Part shown: positions 1 through 9,643 of the stretch, piece by piece
Position numbering within the stretch: position 1 is the stretch's first letter
Layout: each line of letters begins with the position of its first letter
Source: Atractiella rhizophila
Taxonomy: Eukaryota
Length of the DNA: 35,719 nucleotides
NCBI GenBank assembly: GCA_021432655.1
Contig: MU271648.1
Span: 1-35,719, forward strand
Reading direction: 5' to 3'
Made by a program: the position numbers and the translations under genes
Notes under the pieces: model-generated
What the model was told of the DNA's origin: nothing
Seen by the model: the letters and a program-made list of their open reading frames with translations, nothing else
Database searches by the model: none

Positions 1-1526
1 GGGAACGAAGAGGTGGAATGTTTGCCCGATTCAGACAACAGATGACGGTCATCGTATTCAACCGATATCCAACATTTATCATCATGATTACGGTTCTTAA
101 ATGACAACACCGTTCTTGCTATCTCAGTAAAAACAGTTTCATTCTAGGATCTTCTGTAGCTTGCAGCGCGACCAATAATCTAAACTATGACAACAGCAGT
201 CGTTTGAGCTGTTCGCGAGAGTGATGAGAATACTGAGTTAAATATTTAGTGTATGTATACCTATACTAACAAGGAGAAGGACTCCTGCTTGCTCCGACTT
301 TTGTTTGACGAGTTTTCAGAGACGCCATCTTCTCGTCTAGAAGTGGCACAATAATGAAGGCAACGAGCGTCAAAGGAAACATAGCTTATACCGCTTGAGC
401 GAATTTGATGCGTTGAGGGGAAGTAATGTGACTGTTGGCTGAGTATCATTCATGGACCTGATCGAAACCGAGTGGTTCTGGCTTCGTCTGATCAAGCTTC
501 ACGTGGTATGTTATGAATGTGATTGTCGTGTCTCGGAGGTGGGCTGACTGTGTTCAAACGGGGCAACTTATCAATCGTAGCCCTGCAGAACATCGGAGTG
601 ACTAAGGTATTACAAAATTGAGTGATAGAGTAATGACAGCGAATTCTTAGACATGCTATTCAGGATAACAGCTCTTCCGTTGTCCACTAATTCAAAAAGG
701 AGCGAACGGCTTCCTGTGTGCGAACGGAAAGGAAGAAGGCATAGAAGACAATTATGCACAAATATTTAGCTGAAACTAGCTGCGTTTGCAGTCGTGATTC
801 AATACAGGAAAATTACGACAAGCTGAACGGTTAGAAACATGATGGACGCAAAACAAATCATTTACACAAACGCCGGGAACGCACAAGGGTTGACTTGAAC
901 TAGCTTGAAGGGTTCAGACCATTACTACATCGACTGTTGGTTTGCCAGCCTTGCTTGACAGTAATTATATAGCCCTGACGAACCGTGATGAGCGTTACAA
1001 TGTTCCAAGATGTCAGTGAGGGAAAGGTCCAGTTACAAGGTTACGTAATGCTATCATGAACAGCATTAACGTCGTTAACACGTTACAAGGTTCACACAAG
1101 GTTTGATGGTCGCAGTTTTCAGGTGGAAGAAAATAGTTCCGAAATGAACTATAACCAGAACTCGAAGCACAGCCGTTACATGAAACGTTGCTAAAACCGT
1201 TTAAAACAGCAACCCACTTTTCTTGTCCTTACTTCGGACTTCTTTCTCTTCTTTTCTTCTTGCCATCTCTCTTCTTCAAGGACTTCGGAGTGATATCGTC
1301 CTTAACGTCTTCAAGTAACATCGTATCTCAAGAACAGCTGAGGAGCAAGCAAGGTTCAAACAAGGAAACAATCGACAACGCGTTTTTCGTCATCAATTCA
1401 AACTGTTTCCATAAATCTCTAATAATCCTAACGTCGGTCCTGCTTTCTTCCCCTCTTTCTCTGCTGTCCTCAGTCTTCTCTTCCCCTTCCCCTTTACATT
1501 CTCAAACAGCTCATACAGACTCGAAT

Positions 1527-3730
1527 ATGTCCGCCTCCCCTGTTCAAGAGTATCCTCAAGAGTACCCTCTAGAGGATCACCCTCATGAGCACTTTCACGA
1601 CAACGTCAAGCAGGGATCTGAGTCGCACTCTCCTCCAGCTCACCAACATCAGTCCACGCAACCAAGCGTATTGTTGTCCATCCCAGCACCCGGCCTTGTC
1701 GGCGCAGGAGAGGCTGGAGGAGAGTTGGAGGAAAAGCCAAAGGTCAAGCGCGCTTATCGTTCAAGGCCTGGCGCCGTCGCATCTGGACCAGGCACTGGGA
1801 GGAGAGGAAGAAGATGGGGAGATCCGCAGGTAGTCAGTGCGTGATCCGCATTCATCAATCAAGAAAGACTGAGATATATCATGCCCTCCTTAGATCCAGA
1901 GGGAACTCTCACTAAGGCTGACGCCGCAGCTGTCACCAAAGAGACGCTGTGGGACATCATGCCCTCCCAGTGGACGGCGTCGGAGAAAGAGGGCTCACAC
2001 AAAGCTCTACGGGTGAGTTCTATTTTCACTGGCAGACAGCTAAAATACTGATATGCAATGGGACAGAAACGAATCCAAGATCTGGTGAGGGAGAAAGATA
2101 TCCAAGTCGCTTGGGCTGCCATCGAGAATGGCAAGTGGACGATCAAGAAGACGAGTTGGAGCGCGATCAAGAGGTCTTCTGCCGGTCAGGCAGTTATGAA
2201 GGAGGTTCGTCTTCTCCCCTCTCGTCGTCCCGCCTTGTCCTTCCCACGCTGACGCATTCGGGTGCGGGTCGGTGGGAACAGGTCACAGAACAGTTCCCGT
2301 ACCTTAGGAAATATAAAGATGGATGGGCTGCTGAGGAGGCTTTCTCCAAAGTCGTCCTGTCAATGAGTGCGAGTATGAGTGCCAAACTTGGACGAAGGGG
2401 TGAAAAGGGAGATATTGACGGTTTGTCTACCCATCTTCCTTTCGCAATTCGACGGCGGCCTGATGGTGATCATGCAGAGGACCTTGTCAAAGAGGTCATG
2501 GGCGAGTTCTACACCACAACTCCACCGACTGCAGCTGGCCAATATGTCACACCACAGAATCTCAGCCACAGCAGCATGGATGGCCCCGGGCGGCGGCAAC
2601 AGAAGAGGGTCTTTGCTCAAGGACACGCACATGGAGGACGGAGCGAGAGTGGTTCTGAATCTGGAGGGGACGAAGATTTCAGGAGGTGGAGGGAGTCCAT
2701 GATGGGTTCGCCATTTCTCTCCCTCTGAAACAAAGTGATTTGCTTAGACCTCTTGAACAGGTGATTCGTCCCTCGACGAGCCTGAGCGTCGCTCTGTGGA
2801 GCCGCGAATTCCAAGCGGTTTGTCCTCCGTTCTCCTTATTCGTGCGGCAGAACTGAGGCGACAGATGATGAAGGTGGCCTAACCTTCAAACCGCGCGCTC
2901 CCGCATCAGGTCCCACTTATCCCTCCCACTCAACCCGACCACGTCCTCAGCCTTATCCGACTGCCTCTGCTCGTCGCTCAAAACATCAAGCCGTATCACG
3001 TATTTCAGAAGGTGAAGATGAAGACGAAGAGATGGAAGTGGATGAGCTCGCAGAGGACTACGAGGACGAAGAAGACTTTTATTCTAGTCCTCATGTCCAC
3101 GCCAGTTCCAGGAACTCGCGTCATGGGAATGGACATATGCAAGGGGAAGGCTATCGCAATGGAGTTCGAGAAGAGGTGGCTGTCACCGCTAGGGGTCATC
3201 CCTTCCATCAATTTCTACCAGAGCCTTTCCCAGCTCCACTTCCCTCAAAAGAAATTGAAGACGACTCCCCTCGAGCTGTGCCATCGCTTCCTCCAGCGGC
3301 TGCTCAAACAACAGTTCGACGATCAGCTTCAGTCTCCACCTCGCGACCAGGAACCGCCGGTGACACCGCGAACGGACCCCGCCCTCGTCCCTCGATCTCT
3401 ACCTCTTCCTCAGCATCTGCCCAGCCAGCGTCTGCTCCCCCGCGCTCCGTGCCTCTGCTCCCTCCCCACTTGCCGTCCATGCATCTCCCACCGTCAATGA
3501 TGAACTCATCCATTCCTCCCGCTCTCCTCCCCCCTTCTCTTCCCTCCCCACCGCCAGGACCGCCTCTTCAACAGAAGGTAATGCAGGATGGCCGTCATTA
3601 CGGTGCTCTCAGACCCCCCGGTGATTCCCCTCTTGGATATTTCAAGACGCCGGATGGGAGGGAGTTCTACTTCGCGGAGGGAGTGAGAATGGATAGGGAG
3701 AGCTTTTGGCAGTATTTTGGATATAACTGA
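1527..3730 (+). CDS. Hypothetical protein, 6 exons; small folded core (..QFPYLRKYKDGWAAEEAF..) within long acidic/Pro/Ser-rich disordered regions
   Basis: ATG at 1527. Five GT-AG introns (1837-1893, 2013-2066, 2205-2281, 2706-2760, 2818-2864) join the ORF-track pieces 1188-1844, 2058-2252, 1949-2728 and 3032-3730 into one continuous frame ending at TGA 3728-3730. Confidence 0.75.
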
Positions 3731-3979
3731 ACTGACGCTTGTGGAATTACTAGGCGACGAGCGAGAGAGACGTTTGTTTCAATGCATAGCTGTGTTTATG
3801 GTTTATTGGTTTATTCGTTTCGGTATCGACCGTGATAGCTCAATATGATCTTACATCTTACTTCATAAATGGCCCATTTCAGGACTTGTACTGCGCAGAC
3901 ATGCACATAAGTCAGCTGACCACGAATTTCGGCAACAATGAATGACTGTTACGACCTACTGGCCCTTTAATAATTCTTC

Positions 3980-5060
3980 ATGGCATTGACCCGACCATGG
4001 CTTCCAGAGGGGTTGGGAGTATTCCCAAACTCCCCACCTCCCTCAAGGCCTCAATCCGCTGCTGATAGTGCCATCTCCAGTGGCTGTCACTCACTTCTCG
4101 AAGCCTACCGCCGTTGGATGGAGTTTCACTACGGCGGGAAGATATACATTTCACTCGAGCGGATCACGACGATATTGGCTGGTGCCATGTACTGGAGGTG
4201 AAAACACTTCTTTGGTATGTCACCTTTTTGATCAATTTTGGGTAATACTGATTGTATGAGCGGGATGAAAGCAGCAAACTCAACCTGTTGCCAGTAGATT
4301 TCCGAACACAAGGATACCAGAATATGTTCCCGTCGCAATACAACAGCTCATTTCGGGGAAGCTGGGCTTTCTGCCGAACATCCACCTTTTGGAATATTTA
4401 TTTTGGTCGAGGAAGGACGCCTACGATTTCGGGAGGACTCCATCGCGAACGGGAATGGAGATCCCGGCAGATTACCATATTCAGAGTTTTATGGAAGGTT
4501 CGATGCGAGTGGTGTACACTACGATGCATACTTCGATAACAACGTTCAAAGCTTTCAGCGTATCTATCGACACGGCGACGAGAAATCGTACTATATAGAC
4601 TCCGAAGCACCTCCGCCAGGTCACGATCCGTTTCCGTGACTCAAGTTGTACCTTTCTTTAACTGTCACGATTTGGGCCAAGTCGACCGTGTGAGCACCCT
4701 CAAAACTGCGACTGCTAATCCGTTTGTGCGTTTTCTTTTGGCGCCGTGCTTGAAGCTGAACCCATATCTAGATCAACGTTGCACTAGCTGCTTATTTGAA
4801 GCAGTTGTGGGTGGCTTCGCCTCAAGCCCGCGGCGCGTTAGATTTGATGCGACCACGGACTCTCCCTCTTTCAGGAGTATGGCCATATGCTGGAAATTTA
4901 CCGCCTGCGTTTACTTTATTCTCGAACACCAAGTTCACAGATCTCGATCCTCCAGGCTTGTCACCCTACCAATCATTTAATCTGGCTTGGTGTTTGCCTG
5001 AATTTGACATCAAGAGAAGCCAGAAGAGGAACCAAGGGGCCCCAAATTCGCGGGAATGAC
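3980..5060 (+). pseudogene. Possible degenerate gene remnant of unknown family
   Basis: Several overlapping protein-like ORF fragments in different frames and a GTATGT..CTGAT intron-like stretch near 4215-4260. No single spliced frame could be built. Confidence 0.2.
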
Positions 5061-6272
5061 GACAGAAGAGGCTGTGTCACATGAGCTAGTGGCCAGGAAG
5101 CTGGTGGTCGGGTCGTAGATGAGAACGGCTGACATCAGGGTGCAAACAGCCTTAGATTCTCAAGCAAATATCAAGTAACAATTTTCTCAATTCGTTGTAG
5201 ATGGTACTCAATCTTACTCTTCTAATGTATTTCAATTTGCGCTCTGCAAGGCTTGTGATGAATCTTTACAGTCTCCCTACCTTGCCTCTGCTTCGCACAG
5301 TGGCATTACCTCCTCTTCCACCGTCTCCTCTCCAATATGCTCTCATTATTAACCAGCTTCAATTGAAACCTGATGCCTTTGATGGATGCTAGGTCAGATC
5401 AGATGATCAGGATGGCACTGTTTGGGGAGCCAAGAAAGATGAGGACTGAGTAGAGGGGTTTTGGCATGAGTCAACGCCCTTTTGAGTGTTCATACCTCCT
5501 CGCCAGGCACATTAAAATGAAATAAAATACACCATCTTACTGCATATGTTGTGCTGCAACAAAATTTGATTGTGAACTTAGGAAAAATGTGCTTTTGTAA
5601 ATAGACTTGAACCCACTATGAGTCAGGGTAGGATTTGGGCTGCAGAGGAAGGCCACTTACAGTAAGTAAAGAAGAACGGAGACAGGAGATAAAAACGTTT
5701 TGGTGTGTGTGATGCACCTCCAATTATGCGCAGATTCCCCGCTCGTTGGCGTAGAGGGTGAAGAAATGTGATTGTAAAATGCAGAAAACCTGATGTATGA
5801 AGCTGGAGGCAAGCAAGAGAGGAGAGAGGGCAAGAGTGGTTGCATACATGGGCCGGAAGCTACAAGCCTCTTCGGTTCGGCAGGGAAAGAGGCGACGGAG
5901 GAATACACTTGAATTTTGTGGTGTAAAGAGGAGCTGCGACTTTGCAAAACGTTGGGACAACTGTGCGGCGAACAAAGAGCTTGGAATGGGGCGGTTCTCG
6001 ATAGTAGTTAGACGAGAGTCGGACGGGAGTAAAATTTAAATCAACATTCCTACGGCACAACATTAGCTCTAAAGCATATGCATCAGACTTGATAAGCTGG
6101 AATAGGACTCACCACGCTAAACTATTTCGAAACCTCGACGAATATCCATCATCAACGGCCAGACAAACACTGGATCGAGACAAAGAACGATTCACTCTCG
6201 AAACTTGAATCAAAACACGATAAATGATAAAACGTAGGTGATGTCGAATAACACGCATTTTTAAAGGTTGGA

Positions 6273-6791
6273 TCACTGCCCTCCTATTTGCTCTTGTACG
6301 AGCTATCAAAGCAATAATGTTAGTATTCGCTGCAGAATATAACACTGGAGCCGGTGACCTACATCGACCTGGTCCTCGCTCTCCATTCCTAACTTCACAA
6401 TATCGTTCAATGAACTATAACTATACCCACGTAACGAGAAAGAGCATACAGATTCTGGTGTGTCGGAGTCTAATATCCGCCTCCCATCGTAGAGAAGGTG
6501 AAAAGACTTCTTTTCTACACCTTTCTTGGTCACAAGTGCGGCGTGGACCTTTCCTAACTGCTCGATATGAACTAAGTCTCAAAGTACTGCCAGAGGAGAG
6601 AAGACGCGCAGTAGACGTTGCCTTGAGTTGAAATGAGTGTTCTTCTCCATTCACCTCTTTCACAGTGATTGTGACCTTTCTAACAATTGGTCTCTCGTTC
6701 TCAAGCCAGAGGAAGTGAGGCGGCACACCTTATTCACTTCCGGCTTCACGTCTGGTTTTTTCTCCTTGCTAGTGCTCCCCTCATGCGACAT
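6273..6791 (-). CDS. Divergent SUMO paralog (SUMO-like ubiquitin-fold modifier), 98 aa, 5 exons
   Basis: Exons 6791-6729, 6675-6610, 6557-6450, 6392-6363, 6302-6273 give MSHEGSTSKEKKPDVKPEVNK-VTITVKEVNGEEHSFQLKATST-LGKVHAALVTKKGVEKKSFHLLYDGRRILDSDTPES-LGMESEDQVD-LVQEQIGGQ*. SUMO hallmarks LYDGxR, DTPxxLxME and EQIGG are present. Introns are 52-60 nt, and intron 2 needs a GC donor. Confidence 0.88.
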
Positions 6792-7027
6792 TTCTCAACC
6801 CAAATAATGTGCCAACACCTCCTCAATGTGTGATCTTCAGCCCAAATGGACCTTCCAGTGGAACGATGGATATTGGATATAATCCCAGAAACGTCCACAA
6901 CAACGGTTGGATTAAATAGGGTTAGGGACGAATCGCGCAAGAGAAAAGCAACCACGACGTTCGACGTTCGACTCGCGAAACGCGCGTTTAGCTAAGACCT
7001 TAACGATATTTAAGAGGAAAGTGCAAG
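6792..7027. promoter_or_regulatory. Putative bidirectional promoter shared by the two SUMO genes
   Basis: 236 bp between divergent ATGs. Contains tandem ACGTTCG repeats (~6956-6970), CGCGAAA (6974-6980) and the perfect palindrome AAACGCGCGTTT (6978-6989). Confidence 0.55.
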
Positions 7028-7666
7028 ATGTCGGACGCTGAACAAGCTGCCCCTGCTACCCAGGCGAAGCCAGAGACCGAACATATCAATGTGTGTTGTT
7101 TCCCAAGCTATTGTGAATCAGTCTCTCCTGGGATTGAGGCGTGATTTTGCTGTTGGCCATTCGTCCCACTCTGTTAGCACATGAGTGCAGCTTTATTCAT
7201 ATCTGAATTGCCAGAGAGGGACTGCAGCGCTGATTACATAGAGCATTAGATTAAAGTAACAGACCAGTCTGGAGCAGAAGTTTTTTTCAAGATCAAGACG
7301 ACTACGAAGCTCGGCAAGCTAATGGATGCATATGCTGATCGGTGCGCCGTCCTGTTTTGCTTCTTATGGGCGGGAGGCTGATTGGTTTGGCCGCGTCAGG
7401 CAAGGAAAACAAAGGGAGCACGTCAGATTCTTGTACGATGGACAGAGGGTAGGAGCGGAGGATACTCCGGCAAAGGTACGAATTCCATTCATTTCTAGAT
7501 GCAGCGGCTGAGAGTGTTGGATAGTTGGAGATGGAAGATAACGACCAAATTGAAGTACAGATCGAACAGGTTCGGCTTCCTTCCCATCTTGCTATCCTCC
7601 CAGTCCTTCCTTTGAGAGATTTCAACATTGATGTGCTCTAATTGGATACAGGTTGGAGGTCGCTGA
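7028..7666 (+). CDS. SMT3: Small ubiquitin-like modifier SUMO (Smt3), 96 aa, 5 exons
   Basis: Exons 7028-7090, 7250-7341, 7400-7475, 7525-7569, 7652-7666 give [96 protein letters not shown]. Canonical AKPE..HINIKV, EVFFKIK, RFLYDG and GG+tail motifs. Confidence 0.96.
7119..7224 (+). other. Long-range inverted repeat (RNA stem) inside SMT3 intron 1
   Basis: CAGTCTCTCCTGG (7119-7131) pairs with CCAGAGAGGGACTG (7211-7224): 13 bp with one G-U pair and one bulged A, ending just upstream of the GCTGAT branch-point-like motif. Confidence 0.6.
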
Positions 7667-9643
7667 CTGCCCCTTGCGGCTCCCACCTCTCCTGTCACCA
7701 CGTGCCGTATTCTCCTGCTCTTAGTGATTCGATCTTGTGTTGTGAATGATAAGATAAATAAAGTGTCGTTAATCATTTCATATCATTGTACTAACCCGAA
7801 CTCCACTTAAGGAGGCCGACTGGTTAAATTTTGGCATAGATTAAGACCCCCTGGTATAAAAGCTCGAACGGGCTTCATATTCCTTTGCATGTAAGCCCCT
7901 AATGGCGAATCATGCACATCCTGTGTACCAGAGAGTGTCTGTATCTCGCCGTTTTAAATCACCGTCTCCAAATCACTCATGACTGCATCATTCATCCCAT
8001 TTGATTCTTCAGTGGATCCGTTATTCCATACCAAATCTTTTTTCTCGCAGTGTATGAAAATATAAATCAAGTTCTTACCCATAGATCAATTATCAAATTC
8101 TATGGCTCCTGATTGCCAAACGGGACCACTGCAGTTATCAATTGTCAATGCCTTATTTGGTCCACGTCCCCTAGTGTCTCCTCGATCTGAATGGAATTTC
8201 AGAATATGCTTATCACAGCTGCATTGGTGTGATGAATTGGTGTGATGGGTTTCGATTATTACTTAGATTCGACTCCTGGTTTCACGCATTTAACTCTCTT
8301 CAAATCCTACTTTGTTGCCATCGTGTCCTGGAAGGAAAAAGGCTCTCTGGGCTTTATACTAGTACTGACCAGGTCTTCTTGCTCTATGAGGGATGGATGG
8401 CAAATAGTTGGAAGAACAATTGCTCTGTGGCAAACCGTGACGGTCTGGATGGACCAAGTGTGAGGGTGGAAAGTGAGCGCCGTGAACGTGAAAACTTTCA
8501 ACATTGAAAATTCTTCAACATCTTGAACTAGATTGACGAATCTGACTCGCAGTTGAGCTCTAACGTTGAGCTTATTTGTTCTTCTTGAAAGTACAGGGCG
8601 CAGCAGCCCAGTCTGACATAAAATGGATAAGGCAAAATTCTAACGCGACTTCTCCATTTGGATGGGACTTAGAGAGGGCAATAGTGGAGCGCTTACAACT
8701 AGGGGATTGGTGGAATTACCTTTGCTCTGTCAGCTTGAGAAAGAAATGATTGAAGAAGCGAGTTCGTGTCAACATGTAAAATGATGCAGTTGCTTCAAAA
8801 CAAATGAAGAGTTGAAGTGAAGAGGAATCACATCGACTCATCATGCTGAAACAGCGCTCTTCAATATTAGCCTTTGGCATTATATAGTATTATGAAATGT
8901 TTGATTATCGATAATTGATGTTAGATAATAAATGCATTTTAGGCTAAAAGTACCCATCATATAAAATTTGATTCGAAACATGTTAGGAGTGGCGGTCGGA
9001 TAAATGTAAGGTTTAGCGCCTTCGCCGGATCGGTTCTTTGTCGACGTTCCACCAACCTCACAACATTTCGCACAGCTCCACCTGCCAGAAAGCCTTTCCT
9101 CGATGTCCAACACGCCCTCAGGGACCCCAGGTCCAGCTGTCGAGCCGCCGTTTGCGTACGTGACGAGGAATGGACCCACATTTTTGGCGCAGAAGGGGAT
9201 CACTGTTAAGAATAATGACAGGCTGAGGAGACTGAGGAGGGATGTCAGAATGTCAGCTATCAGCCAATGGTGTCACTTCTTTGGGGACTTTATTGGTCTA
9301 CCAGAGTTCGATGTAGAGGTATGTAGCATTCTGAGACCTGGCGAAGGCGGGAGAGGGTGTTGTTTTGGTGTTGCATTTAGAACGAAAAACCTATCTTCCA
9401 TGCTATCGGAGGGATTCCGCTCCTTTTATTTCGTTATTATGTGGATACGCGTAAAGGTTGCGCGAAGAAATGAGTAACCGAAAGGAGATGGCAGAGTTCC
9501 GAAATTTCGGGTGGAGGAGAAGGTGGTGGTATGGTTGACCTCGAACTCGGCAATCGATTCGGATTTTACGTACCTCGCCCGTTCCCTCACACCCTCAAAT
9601 TTATTTTTCCGGTTTTCTTTCGCGTTCCTACTACTCTGATTGA

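Noticed and set aside
1188..1526. Hydrophobic N-terminal extension of ORF 1188-1844 suggesting a membrane protein
   Set aside because: Starts at TTG and translates CT-rich promoter/5'UTR sequence. The first ATG is at 1527.
6273..6791. Interpretation of the SUMO paralog as the C-terminal SLD of a Rad60/Esc2 protein
   Set aside because: It has its own ATG with no room upstream (SMT3 is 236 bp away), a SUMO-length N-tail, and a GG+1 C-terminus, which SLDs lack.
7119..7224. Firm call of a C/D snoRNA or Tc1/mariner MITE in SMT3 intron 1
   Set aside because: No canonical C box, no rRNA guide I could identify and no TA target-site duplication. Kept only as a hypothesis.
7900..9500. Short ORFs on both strands between SMT3 and the PHD gene
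   Set aside because: No motif, no consistent splice model and many stops. Could be a decayed gene but unsupported.
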